From Acanthaster planci (Eukaryota): DNA of 64,000 nucleotides. Under the pieces are notes generated by a model that worked only from the letters and a program-made list of their open reading frames with translations, was not told where the DNA came from and made no database searches. The DNA is taken from the NCBI RefSeq assembly GCF_001949145.1, contig NW_019091357.1:1-64000 (forward strand), read 5' to 3'. This document shows, piece by piece, positions 1 to 13,641 of this stretch (its first letter is position 1; the number at the start of each line of letters is the position of its first letter). The position numbers were made by a program, and so were the translations under genes.

Positions 1-36
1 TAACCCTAACCCCTAACCCTAACCCTAACCCTAACC
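1..36. repeat. Telomere-type (TAACCC)n repeat, about 6 units, cut by the window start
   Basis: taaccctaacccctaaccctaaccctaaccctaacc read directly; more degenerate taaccc units at about 275-325. Confidence 0.85.
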
Positions 37-1019
37 AGGGGCTTAGTTGTACATAGTAACCCTATAGAGATAGTCCCTTCGGCGACGTATTGGGGCCTGG
101 CTAGCCAAAAATTGGGTCACATTTAACCCTTCGCCCAGGATCATACTTCTTACCCCTTCTGATTTCTCCACATTGACATCTTGTATTTCTTTGATTCCTA
201 ACAAGCAGAGTCGGGCAGAATATGATTGACAGGTCTTTTCCGTATGGTAGAAAAGGTGCAGCACACTGTCAGAAAAACCCTAACCCCTTTAACTTTTAAC
301 CCTTTCACTCTTACCCCTTAACCCTGGCTTTAGAGGTAATGTAGCCCAAAAGGGTTAGACAGAACATGCGTTTTTACACGTACTACAGGCTACTGATCAT
401 TTTCTGATAGGTCAAAAAGGGACTTTTCCCGAATTATACTTGGGGCAAATCCCTATGCCTTTTGTACACGGCTTATATTTTTTACATGTCGGAAAACTGG
501 GCACATGAAAATCCCTTATAACAACTAAAAACATAAACTGAGACGTCATACGTCTATGTAAACGATCACAAGCAGACACTCCTCCATTCGTATAAATTTG
601 GTTCCCATTGGGGTCCCGATTCAACAGTTATAGCCGATTTAAGTCTTCCCCGTAGGTTGTGTACAAACTTTATACTTGGGGAAAAAAATCATTGATTTTT
701 AAACGTTTTCTTAACACCTATTTTTGGGTCACCAAAAAAAAGGAGTGCCCTCGGCGAAAACGCCACAACTCCATGACCCGTTGACTTATGACCTTCAAAC
801 TCAAACACAAGGTAGACGAAGAGTTCCGCTAGCTTGGCTGAAAGTTTCAAGGTCAAAAATTAAGGGAGTCAAAAGTTATTTGGGGTCACCCAACGGGACA
901 CCCCCTACTAACCAACCCTAACCCGCGCACACATACAAAACAGTGCAAAATCAGATTGAAATAGCGCCGCGTTCTTTACTGGAAATTCAAGACTATGGCC
1001 AGAAGATCGTTCCAATTTT

Positions 1020-2265
1020 ATCAAAAACAAAGCTGATAAACTGACCTTCAATTGATTGTGCAACAGTTACAGCCCCTTTCTCCCACGTTTTCTGCAACTC
1101 CAGATAGAAAATAGTCTCATGAAGACTCGACTGGACCTTCGTAATAGGGACTTTACGTTGACGAGGCGCTGACAAGAGTTTCAAACACTAATAGTATTAA
1201 TGACCCATGAGTGAGTTTTTTATCAACGATGTCATTGAAGGCACGCTGACGAGCGGCTGCGAGGCCCTGGCTAGCAGAGCCAAGAAGAATTAGGCCAGAA
1301 GAAACTAAATCCTGCGCCATGTCCTTGTTAATCTCACTGGGACCTTCAGGGTAGGCAACTGCCTCAAATAAGCGTAGAAGTGGCAGGGCTGCTTTCAGAG
1401 CATAACTTTGAGCAGTTTTAAGTCCGTCAGAAAATATTTCTCCTGCTCAACGGGACCACTAAAGAGGACAATCACCTCCTCAGAAATGGGGTTTATACCC
1501 TTGTCGTTTTTGTGAGGATTGCGCTGCATCTCTTTCGTAGCTGGAAGGGAAATTGCTGCACGCCAAGTACTAGACGTTTCTGGGGTGTCCTCCTCGCTGT
1601 CGCTGACAAGTGAAACAGCGGAGTCAGTGCGAGCCCTGCCAGTGCTGGTGGATGATGACTGCACCGGTAGATCAGTTGTGGTGGGTAAAGTTGTCTGGGT
1701 AGTACTTGACAATCGCAGATTTGCCGGTGGTATCATTGCTGGAAACCACTGGGGAGGAAAACCCCATGGGTTGTACAGGCTTGGCGGTACCGGTCCCAGG
1801 TTTATAGCCGTGGGCAACTGAGGAGTACCCTAGGGGCTAATTCCAAGGCATTGCCAGGTTGAAAAATGTTTGTGGCTGGGACCAGACTGATGCATAACCA
1901 GCCAGGTTTGCTGCAGGTCCGAACAGGCCCTGGGAGTTGGCGGTGCCGCAAGGCGGTGCAGATGTTGTAGGTTCTGATTTAGCTTGAGTAGCAATAGCGA
2001 CTTGTTGATGAGGTGGTGCTGGTTGGAATATGTCGCTAAATGAGGTCGACTTCTGACCTGGAATGGGGGTTGCATTAGTTTTCGGGCATGACGACCCTTC
2101 ACCCTTACCGCTGGGTCCTTCCCTTTCGCTAATCTTTCTTGTAGCCAAAGCTAAAATATCCACAGACGATGGAGGTTCATAAGGGGAGATCGTAGCTGGA
2201 GCTGTGAAAAAACGTAGACGACGGGAGGACATGTTTCCCTTGGATGGAGGACACAGTAAATCCAA
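1020..2265 (-). mobile_element. Decayed DIRS-type (tyrosine-recombinase) retrotransposon fragment: gag-like ORF1 plus start of RT
   Basis: Frameshifted minus-strand pieces: Pro/Ser-rich ORFs 1837-2265 and 1395-1817, then LKAALPLLRLFE...GLILLGSASQGLAAARQRAF (about 1200-1400, resembles the DIRS gag core) and LELQKTWEKGAVTVAQSIEGQFISFVF (resembles the DIRS RT N-terminal ExxxLLxKGAI...FxSxxF). Recognised by motif only. Confidence 0.65.
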
Positions 2266-2899
2266 TGGTAAGTACTATAACTATACGGGCGTGTATACGC
2301 ATGATGTGGTCATATTGCAACACAAAAAAGGAGACAACCCAGTGCTGGAACGAGGGTACACATGGAAAGCCTATCTTCAACTTTGAATAGGGCGGCATTA
2401 TGCGAACTTTGAATACCTATCGAAGACTATTCCAGTACCTTCAAAGGGTGGTCAGATTACAATACAACAAACGAATAAACAGGGTGAGTCTCTCCGGAAT
2501 TGGCGAGATATAAGCTCCCTAGAGAAAAATCTAGGAAGAATGAGTGCCTGACGACGACTTGCAAATTACAGTACCTCTGATACTCAGTGAGAGGGACATA
2601 TCAATATACACTCATCATGCAACCGCGTGTTTGCATTGGTGGTTTCAGTCACTGTCTCATGCAAAAAATACAAACCAAAAAAAGTGCAAAATACGTACAA
2701 TTTAGGACGGAAATAGCGCCGCCTGGCGCTTCTTCAAGTAAAGGTTAGCCCTTCGAGGTTTTTTTTGGGGGGGTGTCAGGTCGGCAAGGCATTCAAGATA
2801 ATGGCCAGAACTTCTAGAAGTGGTTTTCTTTTGAACGTTATAAAAGTTTGTTATGCCATCATTCAATTGGCCCTTTCCCGAAATTACTAAGCATACTTT

Positions 2900-4200
2900 G
2901 CCCAACGTGGATTACAAGTGAATTGGAGAAAGAGGAGAGGCAAGACAGTCGACGGTGGGGGGGGTCACCGTGGAGGAATACGGGCCCGCAAGTAGATGGG
3001 GGTGCCACTGTGTAGATAGGGGAGAGGGAAGGCAGTAGATGGACGCAGACAACTCTGTAGAGATTCAGGCTCACAGTAGACCAAGAGAGTCGCCGTGTAA
3101 AAAGAGACGATTTGTCAGTGACGTAGCCACGGAGGGAGGAGGAATGGATATTGGGCAAGGCTAACAAAAACTTTCCCCAAAAAACACACAACTGAAATCT
3201 GGCGCCCCCTTAAGATGCTGGTGCCCCTTTGTTCCCCGGGTGAGGCTATAAGCCTGGCACTCCGTGCATGACGTCACTACGCAAAACATCACTGCATGAA
3301 AACCCATTTACTTAACACAGATATGGAGGACCGACTACGGACTACTCTGTAAACATGGAGGAAGGAACAACACGCTCACGACTAGGTCACGCGTACACGA
3401 TGAGTTACAATTGGGTATTCGTACATGGGCAATTGAGCGGAGCCACACGCGTAGTGACGTCATGCACGGAGCGCCTGGCTTTTAGCCTCACCCTTGTTCT
3501 CCCACCAGTAAAATCCTAGCTACGCCACGGCGGTTGATAGAGTAGACGGAGGTGGACCAGCGTGTAAGAGAGCCCAGCAGACAGGGGGTCACCCGTCACC
3601 GTGTTGGAGAAGTGCTTTTCGGACAGCAGTTGGAGGCGCCTCACGTAAAGGAGGAGTGGGCCGACAGAAGACAGAGGGGTCACTATGCAGAAAGAGGAGC
3701 GAGAGGAAATTAGAATGGTGAGGAGTCCCATGATTTGACCTGTTCACACACGAGGCCATCTCACATAAAACAAACCTGGATGACATCCGCTCTATAATAT
3801 CAAGGCGACGCCACTCCCTCATTGAACACCTTTGTAGCCAACCGCCCTTAAGCTGGCTGGTCCCCTTTCCAATTGGTCAAAACCACGAAACCGTCCAAGG
3901 CAGACCTGGGTGCGCTAGCCCAAGAAAAAGCATGAAATGTCAGCTCTCAGTCTCTGGCATACATCAACTGACTGGTCAGTATGGGTGGGTATAACGATTA
4001 CGCCCAAAAGTAGACAGAGGGGCACCGAGGCCAAGACCATCGTGTAGCCTACATGTACAAGGATAGCAAGGAATACAGTAGGTGTTGTGGCTTCTGTGAA
4101 GAGAGCGTTCGGCAGACAGTTGAGGGAGGTAGGTCACCGTGCAAGAGTAGAACTAGACCGAGGCGTGCTACCATGTACATTAAGAAGGGTCTCGCCACTG
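2900..4200 (-). mobile_element. Highly decayed Ngaro/DIRS-like RT-RNaseH-YR relic interrupted by insertions
   Basis: GC-richer block with remnants in the expected order on the minus strand: GLGAPLS (RT-like), LTNWKG (resembles FLxxWNG), LLHAGPPPST (resembles YR N-terminal LLxxxLAPST), GPVFLHGDP (resembles YR GPLF..DG.P). No intact ORF. Confidence 0.4.
3238..3493. mobile_element. MITE-like element with 45-bp terminal inverted repeats
   Basis: 3238-3282 gggtgaggctataagcctggcactccgtgcatgacgtcactacgc is the reverse complement of 3449-3493 with 3 mismatches; non-coding interior. Confidence 0.8.
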
Positions 4201-4933
4201 GCATATTATACATAGTGATCTTCTTCGAAATAATGTTTACTGATTTAGAGTCACAAGTTGAAGAGTGGGCTTGTGTTTAATGAACAAACACATTTCTAGG
4301 TCTTTATTACACTATTTCTAAATTATAACTACCAATCAAGCTAATGACTAAGAAAAGGAAGGCAAAAGAAAAGAACATTCATACAAGACATTAGCAAGTG
4401 AATGCCATTTACTCCTTAAACTTTAATTCACAGGAGAAATTGTATTCAATAAGAAATATATCCAGAATATTTCTAAATGCATGGGTTATATCAACATTAC
4501 TTGCAGGAAGCGTATACATGTAGTAGACATGTGACCGCACAGCAGTGTGCCCTTGAGTGGCACGCTTGGCCCAAACCAAAGAACACAGTTGGAGATGTGT
4601 GTACCCAAAGTAATTGCTTCATTGAAAGAAGTTGCAGAAAAGTTGCGTAAAATACTCACATCATTGTCCTCAACTTGTCTGCAACTTGTCCCAGACGAAT
4701 TTTGAAATGACTCCTTATAGTAAGTTTTCTTGATAGTCGTTGAGTTCGGTTTCATTTGCATATTAGGCAGGTCATAATGTTTCTTGGTGTTCTTCATATT
4801 ATTATTCACCATCACCTAATTTGCGCCGAATTCTGGGTCATGCATAGAGCGTTGTTTGCTCAATAATATCGTGGCACACCCTTAATACAGTACGCACTTT
4901 TCGAGAGTCTTTGATATGAGCTGCCTATTTTTG

Positions 4934-7900
4934 TTACAGTTTAGTTGCAGCTGAACTCTCTGGGTCTGTAAAAAAAGCTGAATCTCCATTATCAGAAATC
5001 AAATTTTCCTTTGAGTCCCACTTCTTGCCACCGTCAACTCGATCGTAGAAACTGTCCTCCAGGTCACTATCATACTTTTCGGATGAAGCAGCGTTTGCTC
5101 CAAGGTTTGAGTTCATATTGATGTACACATCTTCAGCTTTCTTAAAGTGAGTCTCTTTGGGTCCATCGGCACTCTCGTAGATCGGGTTCGGTGGGTAGTT
5201 CAGGGGCGACACACTCTTCATATTTGCGTAGGCAGGGGAGTCTTCCAAGGAGGGATTGTCATTCTTACTGCCGCTGTTTTTGCCCATTGAGAACGTGGAC
5301 ATCTCGCAATTTGCTGGGCCGCCTTGGCTGATGTACTCCTTCTCTTCAGTCGAGGGATGATTATTGGATGCACTGAATATGTCTGGTATATCGGTCTCTG
5401 GGTCCTCGCCAGGACTGAAACCTGTATTCAGTAGCGTTACTGGAGCAAGGCCATCCGGTTTCAAGCGAATGTCCTGATTTACAGTTCCCGATTGCTTCCT
5501 GAAATGAGACCCAAGATTCAGGTTTATTTTTCGTTTCAGATTATCAGGGTATAGCCACTTCCCCTTTTTCGAAAATTCTTTACTATATGCAAAGATCTTA
5601 TTTAAGTCTTAGCACAGTCACACAAAACTGAGGTTCCTCTCGATTGCGCATTTTCTTATTTGTCAAATTCACTAAATCTGTGCACCGAAAACAATTTCAC
5701 TGAAGATTTCTAACTTTTGATGGCATTGTCATTCTGTCGGTGTACTAGTGATCGAAGGAAAAGAAGGGAGGTCTCCGTCAAATACATCAGAATGGCTCCA
5801 AATCATGATTGCACTTTCAGAAAAATATGTTAAATGTTGTCTCCTTGAATTACAAACGGACGTTCAAACGGTTGCAGAGTGGTTTATTATGATTATTCCC
5901 TTAAAACCTCGCGTCTCACCTGATTTTACATGCGACTACACAGACCATGCAGATCACCAACAGCAACAGGAGGCCAGCTGCTCCTCCAATTATGTACGGC
6001 AGATAATCTGGTGGGGAAAAGATCGTGTCTGGAATGGATTTCCTAGGTTTGGGCTAATACTTGATGCCAGTGATTCATTGCCTAAAGAGTTTCCACTGCA
6101 AACCGTAGGCTCTCTTGCTGTTCATTCATACAGGTATTTATTTCATTTAGATTTTATATTTTTCCAAGAAAGATTTACTCTCTTCGCAAACTGCACCTGT
6201 CATGGATATCTGGAGCTTGGTTGTCAGTCTGGGCATCTCAGTAAATTTAGAACTCAGTGCTTTGGTGGTTTCTCCATGATCAAATGCTGAACTGGTGGTA
6301 TCTGTAAAGACAATTTATACCTCAATACATCCTGCTTTGATTAATATCCTCAGATCACATTTGGTTTACTTGCAAGGTTGACGACCTCACGAGTATAAAA
6401 GAGACAAATTTCCTATCAATTTATTTCTACTACTATCGATGTAAGTCTGCATGGGCGTAAATCCCACTGGGGGTGGGAGTATTAATGACGATTAAAATGC
6501 ATTCGGTATCACTCAAAAGAGGGAAAACAATTTTCAAAAGCCATAAATATGCCATTCTGAATACACATTACAGATGTACATCAATATTAAGAACATGCAC
6601 CTTAATATACAGTCATATAGTGTCCCCCAACTTTTTAAGGTTTCACGCCCAGGCAAGTCATCCGCCCCACATTTCCCCATCCCTATCCCTTAAGTTCCTG
6701 CACAAATTTACGCCACTGTTAGACTGGTTAATTAACGGTTTATGGACTTTTTCTCCAGAATATGTACATTTGCATCATTGCCAACACAACTCGCCTTGTG
6801 GTAAAGAAGTACTACGAAACACAAGCGAACATCTGTACAACTTACCTTGCACTGTAGTGGCTAGATTTTCAGTTGTCGGTTTCACTGCAGTACTTTTTGA
6901 TGTTTGGATTGGGGACACTTGAGTCGTGTTTGCTATATATCATTGACAAAAAAATTGAGAATTAGCTGTAAACTTCCCTGCTGTGACGTAATAATGCACA
7001 AACTAGACTGTAAGTATTTGTTTTATTTTCAAACAAGAGATGACCGGCGGTGTGGATTTTTATAAAATCACAGAATTTTTATGCATGTCGTCAGAGGATC
7101 CAGTTGGTTTCATAATTTGCGCAAGATAACTACCCTGAAGAATTAAGGAATAATATTTCAACTCGAGTTCAAATAGGAAAGTGATCAAGGCTTGAAATTT
7201 GTAGCCTAAATAACTTGCGGGATTATGGGATCTTTATTTTTGAAATTCAAATGAATTTTATCCCCTTGTGTGGAACGATGGCAAACAAATCTTATAAGAA
7301 AATCAATAAATATAAATGATGTGCCATCAATGTGCGCCTTTTCAAGTTATGATGTCAGTCACTGTAACCCAATGCACATCTAGGCATCAGGGTTGACGGA
7401 TATCCGTGTCAAGTTTCAGGTTTATATCGTCTCAGAGGCACACTGCGGATAATTATTGTCAGGGAAAAAAGGAGACAGATGGGCCACCAATAACAAAAGT
7501 GGACTGCGCCCCGCTAAAATCATGGAGCTATTCCTAAATGGACAAATACAGTAGGATGTGACCAGTGTAACCTTGAGATTTTGGTGTTCAATTGTTGTAA
7601 AAATCCAACGGAAATACGATCTCCACATATACCGGTACGTGTTGCTTTTTTTCCTCCTCCACTGAAAAAAATCAAAGTTCGAACCTGGATACACGCCTGT
7701 GTAGTTACAGATAGGTAAAACATCTGACGACCACGTGCGATTGCCAACACACATCAAAGTAGACTCTCCCAACAACTCAAATCCAGGCTGGCAGGTGAAG
7801 ATGAGTGTTTCGTTGACACCAACACCTACATCCATCACTCTAGCATTAGGGACTGCACCCGGGAAGAAACAGCCAGGGGTCTCAACGGGATCTGTCGATA

Positions 7901-10900
7901 GATAGAGTACAGTCTGAATGTATAAAAATTCAAATAAGAATTTGTTTTCACTTCTGAATTTATTTTCATTTGATGCGGCTCGGGAATGAGTCACGTCCAT
8001 TCTCCTCAGCCATTCATATGCGAATGCTTAAAACTTACCAAGCACATAATTATTCCCATTTTTTGGTGTCTTTTGAACCAGTTCGTCGAAAAAATCGAAT
8101 TTCCTACGATGACCTTATATGTATACGACATGCGCGTGACGTGTACTGCAAGGCGGTGCACGGCCAGCAAGCGCTTTATCAAGTATTGAAAAGGGCCACG
8201 TGACAGGCTTTCGATTATTAACAGTGCCTAAACTGTCTTACGTATTTAATATAAATGAAGAACAAATCGTCAATCCAGGAACGGTGTGAACATATTTTAC
8301 TACAAAAAGTTTAAATTGCAAACCAAAAGAATTATACCGTCGGGTATGATTTTCAAAGAAAGCCTGAAGGCTAAGAACATTTATGAGGTTGGATTCCAAA
8401 ATCTCCATTCTTTGAGAATAGAAAAAAGCTCACGCGTGTGAATGGTAAGGGTATGTTATATTGTACGTTCCAAAGATCGAATTCAAAACATACTAATCGT
8501 AAATCAACTTACCTTGAAATTCATAAATCCCGATTCTAAATTCCCCTCCGCAGGTTTGGCTACCATCGCCTGTGCAAGGATCAGTGCAATTTATCAGATT
8601 GCCATCCAGTTGCGATCCATAAAGAAAAGGATTTGCAAAGGCGCCACCACAGAAGCACTGGTTGCCACCTTCCAGGCCGTAGTACTGGAAGTTTTTAGCT
8701 CTACAAAGTGACTGACAAAAATCGATGGTCATATTGCTGTTGCTTTCGCAATATCTCTCTCCAGGTCCACAAGAGTCCTGGCATACGCCCGCCATGCCAT
8801 CACACTTGATGAGATCCGTCATGATCCGGGCAGAACGATACCCATCACCGTCGAAGTAGCAGCCACGGTAAATACCTGCAGCAAAGGCATGAAAAAGTTA
8901 TGCATAAGATCGTTCAGCAGGTAAACTTCAACCAGTGGCGTATCCAGCGGGGAGGGCAGGGGGCAACTTGCCTTGACCCCCCCCCCCACGGACTTTTGTA
9001 TCATTACTATTTTTCAACTGATATCACTTGATAGGTAATTAGGAAAGAAATTAATCGGTACATTTATTTATTGTAGTAGTCTTGGGACTCCGCCCACTTC
9101 ACTGCTGTCTTGACCTGATCATGCCGTACCGTGGACGCGGGAAACACTTTTGAGTTCGTGGCTTAAGCAAACAGTTTCGTTCTGGTAGTCAATTTGGCCA
9201 ACTGATAAATATCCGCTATTTGTAGGGGGACACTGGGTATCTTGGTGACCTTTATGAACGCCATGTGTTTATTTTATGTGTAAATTGGGGACATTTTGCT
9301 TCTTGTCAGTGACTTCAGTCACGTAACCTCATTTTCTCACGTGTTTCCTGTGTCGTTTCAATGTACATGTACGTGTACGTGCATGTAGTACGGCATGAGT
9401 GGACCGGCGCGTGTGCGCGCCATGGGTGCATGAACTTGTGTACATGTAGTGTATATTGTACTTTTCCGCTGTGACCCCTGACCAAGGACTTGCAGTTTGT
9501 GCGCGTGTGCGCGCACAAACTGCAATCTTTCCAAGCTGTCAATGGGCGACGAAGCTGCACAAATAACGTTACACGTTTGGATCGTTGTGGGTTTACATTC
9601 TACTTTGCAGACAGTCACTCCTTTGGTGCTGTCATTATTGCTATTTTTATTTATGCTAAAATTCAATGTCATATTGCAGAACAGCCTTGAACGCATGCAG
9701 CACGTCAAGTATATGTGATTAATCCAGCGATTGTTGGCGAGGTGCTGGGTGAGTTTAATGCGTGTCCACATCCTTGGACTTTGTGAATTTCTTTGTAATT
9801 TATAATTTGAATCAAATATGATTATATTAATCACAGATAATTACTGTGCGATACATGTTATTTTTACTCAGGATTTGTTTATACTGGGATTTGTTTCTGC
9901 TGGGATTTGTTTCTGCTGGGATTTTGTCACAACCGGATCTTGTTATAGCTGGGATTTTGTTACGGCTGGAAATCAATAAACCCAACATCAATCATCAACT
10001 TTGATTGACTGGTCTCTCTTACTGGAGGATAACACCTCACCCAACGTGGGCTAAGGGCTCACGTACCCCGAACCGACGCACACGCGTCGCTTCACTTCAT
10101 TATCAAATATCTTTTCTTTCCCCATTATTATGTTGACTGAGCCCGAAAGTGCATGTGCGTTTTCAATGTGCCCCTGAAACCAAGAGCTGGATACTCTACT
10201 GAAGTCAACACGCTATAATATTTCATTGCAGGACGTAAGAATTAAAACGTAACACTTGTTTTCACTTAAAAGTATTTTTTCTTCAAAAATTGGGAAATTT
10301 CCAAAACAGGAAAACTATGCACGGTAATTTTACAGCTCAGTGGTAAACAGTATTTAAACAATCATTAAAAAGTGAATTCGAAATTATCTTAAAGCCGTCA
10401 GTGCCAATTTATGGTGGCAAGGATAATACATGGACAAGCTTTCAACAGACCTTATGTTTTGCAATGAAACAAATCAGTTGTGTTTTTCACATTTTAGACA
10501 TTGACCTACACTCAAAACAGACAAATTATTTTACGCCAAAAGCCTGATTCTTCAAATTTGACTTGGAAGATTATGTAGGTGCAAATGTCGAGTTGGTTTA
10601 GTAGCAGAGAGTTGCAATGTATATGAACCACATTGCCAACTTTGTCAACCCGTGGTGTACATTTGGATGGAAAAAAGTGGACCTTAATCATAAAAAATCC
10701 AACAGCATATGTCTACGTAAATCAATATTTATATTTACAGGTTCAGACTGATTCAAGTGTGAATTTATGCCTGACAAAGGGTTCAATTAACTACGAGACT
10801 CGCCGCAACCCAAATTCATGACGCCCACAACCTTGCCCAATTTACAAACCTCAAGCAAAAGATAGTCCTCTCTCAAAACAAGAATAGGTTTTGGGCAGTC

Positions 10901-12146
10901 TCCGCTCTCCGGTTGATAAGAACTGATACGCAAAAAAGGACAGTAGTCATGAAGTATCTCCACAGAGAAGTCAAGCTTATCCTTGAGGGGAAGTTTATCT
11001 TACAAGAACAGATCTCCTTATATTTGTAGGCTCTGAGGGCTGTGCGAGTTATTCGGTATTCTGCTCCCGTTAGTCTCGCAAATTTAATTTCATTATTTGA
11101 TGTTGCAATTTCACAAAATAAGTTTTTAATGGGGAAAGTATATTTACTTTTAGCTATAAATGCCCCGTAGAAACCATTAGAGGTTCCCAACGTACCATTT
11201 ACGGTTACCACTTAATTTGAAAAGTTTTCACTTTTATATTTTTCAATAAAATATATCCTTTTTTCCAGTCAAAAATAAATTTCAAGAGAGACTATTTTTC
11301 CTTGGTTTATTGTGTGAAGGCGTTTTCCTTCTATGCGGCTGCAGCAAATAAAGAATAGAAATTTTTTTTCCACTTTCCTTTATATCTGGACTAGAGGCCT
11401 CGCACCTGAGGTTGAAGTTTTTCAAGATACGATCATATCATTGTTCGAAATGAATGGTTCTGGAATTTGTCATGAATCGCAAAAGCACGTACAAGGTTAT
11501 TTGGTTTCATGGCCAGGACAATATTCATATCAAAACTAGGATTAAAGTGAAGTGATTTAGGCATAGGAATATGTGTGGGTTTTTTTGGCAATAAAATCAC
11601 CGGATTTAAAGACGCATGTTTAGGTTCTCACGTAATTATTATGAGACCTTGAGGGGGAAGTTACATTTCATCCACAAAAATCTCACCTGCAAATTGTTCC
11701 CCCAACCCAATATTCATTGTAAAGGTTTTAAAGACTTTAGATTCTGTGAGAGGTTAATCTCAATGATTTGAACTGGTTTATTGTTAAGAAAAAAATAATC
11801 GACAGTTAAACCCAAGTTAAAACAAAACTCAGAACACTTACAGTACTGACCGTTTCCATTGAAAGCTCAAGTCGGGGATATAGCAATCAGATGAGACCGA
11901 AAAGTATCTCCAAGCTGTACACAAGCCACCAGCCAATAAAGACTTATGACACACGAATGTTTGATACTCGCATAAGATTTTTTTCCCATCCACTTTACTT
12001 CCCCTGGTTGGCTGAATGCAATTTTGACAAAAGTACAGTTTTAGTTTCTTGCATATACACTTACCTGTGGATTTACACTTTCCTAATGAAAGCAGCAAGC
12101 AAGTCACAGCTAGTAAAACAGTTTCGATACCAATTTCTTGTTTCAT
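4934..12146 (-). CDS. Gene A: WSC + CCP(Sushi) type I membrane receptor, about 498 aa, 7 coding exons
   Basis: Exons 12146-12065 (signal MKQEIGIETVLLAVTCLLLSLGKCKST), 8875-8513 (WSC: YRGCYFD...QCFCG...CGGEFRIGIYE), 7891-7685 (CCP: CFFPG...FTCQPGF...CVGNRTWSSDVLPIC), 6932-6846 and 6301-6197 (S/T stalk), 6007-5920 (TM DYLPYIIGGAAGLLLLLVICMVCVVAC), 5498-4934 (tail ending ATKL). All GT-AG, frame continuous (1497 nt). The 6301-6197 and 7685 donors are weaker. Confidence 0.88.
9490..9525. repeat. Perfect 16-bp hairpin
   Basis: ttgcagtttgtgcgcg-tgtg-cgcgcacaaactgcaa, in intron 1 of gene A. Confidence 0.85.
9866..9972. repeat. Degenerate minisatellite, about 6 units of ctgggatt(t)tgtt(tctg)
   Basis: Repeated ctgggatttgtttctg-like units read directly. 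Confidence 0.75.
10292..10302. promoter_or_regulatory. Rel/NF-kB-like site in intron 1 of gene A
   Basis: GGGAAATTTCC fits the kB consensus; motif match only. Confidence 0.3.
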
Positions 12147-13641
12147 ATTTCCACTGTAGATTAGTCAAGATGTACCAAAAACTGATTTCACTCCTACTAA
12201 ATGTCCCGCAGTTAGAAGAAATGATCTCTTTCTCGGTTTCAGAACGTCTGCCGGAAGTAATGGTGCACACCATCAGCCACCGATTGCTTTTGGCAAGTAC
12301 TCGATTATATCGTCACCGCAATGCTAAAAGGTGTTTTTCTACGTACGCACCACGAAGAAAAGTGTAGTACATTGTAATAACAATTTTCTCCCGCCTCGGT
12401 GCTTTCTGACCTGAGTGCTAATCCCACTGTCCTTCTGGGTATACGAGCGGGTCATTTTGACTAATTTTTATCGCGCAACTCGAAAATTGAAAAATTGGGC
12501 AACAAAGCACAGAAATCCAGGATAAAGTCGCCATATTTGACATATTTTCAGTGTGACTCAGTGTGCGCTTTCTAGTAATCTGAAAAGGGTTTAAAATTAA
12601 AAGAAGTGGTGAAAAAAGTAATATTAAACACACTTTTAAAAGAATTTGGAAAAGGAAAGAATAATACAATATTTGACGATCGCAGAAAACAAACGAGTTG
12701 TTCTGACAAAGATAACTTTATTCCTGTAAAGTCTCATTTATAATGCCAAAATGTAGAAACAAATGTAAAACAAACGAGATTTGAGATGCGCACCTGGGTT
12801 CTCTGATGATGGTGTAAGTATTATAACAATAATGTTGAGTCAATGCCATTAGTTTTTGCGGGAACTGCTTTGGTATATCTGGTCTACCCATAAAACGAAG
12901 TGAATTTATAAATATTTATAACGAACAAAATTACAAAAAAATTATACTTGTGACCCAAAACCAATAACCTTATCTAGAATGTCTCCGATTAGAATGACCG
13001 CGCCGGTCGACAGCTTCTATCTCATAATTTCTGTTCATTCATTTGAACTCTAAGTTAAGAAAGAGAAATTTTGAAGAAGTAATGGTCTTCGTTTTTATTT
13101 GTGCTGATCTCCAATGTTACGGTAGTGGTAAATTTAAGCTGTGTTGCATTATACTCGAGGCTCTGTTAGATGAAGCGGGGTGTCATTATTCCCTTTTACT
13201 CATTAGTTGATCGAGCAAGCAACAGTTTCAAGACGACGGTTATGTAGAAATTATTTTTCAATAGTACTTTATGAAGAGTTTATAAGGTTCTTACACTTAC
13301 AATAAAACTGTAGAAACATGGTACCCAAACCATATGTGCTTCCATTTCTAAATTACGTTATTTATAATCTTTAACAATTCTTTTATTGTACTTTTTCAAG
13401 TGATACCTTTCTCGCCATATCATGTAAACATACGGAAAGTGTAACGGAAGAAGGTTGTGAAAACGTTATCCTTGGTCATAATTACTGTCTAAAGGGGGTT
13501 ACCTAACATAAAATTTTCTTCACTACGAATTCCTTTCGTCATCAAGGTCGCTTGCTTTGAGGACAAACTCCCCCGTAAATACTTTTTATGAATATGTACA
13601 ANNNNNNNNNNNNNNNNNNNNNNNNNNNNNNNNNNNNNNNN

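Noticed and set aside
4934..4945. C-terminal TKL/TRL as peroxisomal PTS1
   Set aside because: The proteins have signal peptides and TM helices; a PDZ ligand is the better reading.
5748..6922. Plus-strand ORFs of 180 aa and 149 aa
   Set aside because: Antisense shadows of gene A stalk and TM exons plus intron; no domain signal.
9866..9972. CRISPR-like array
   Set aside because: Eukaryotic context, degenerate adjacent units, no unique spacers or cas genes.
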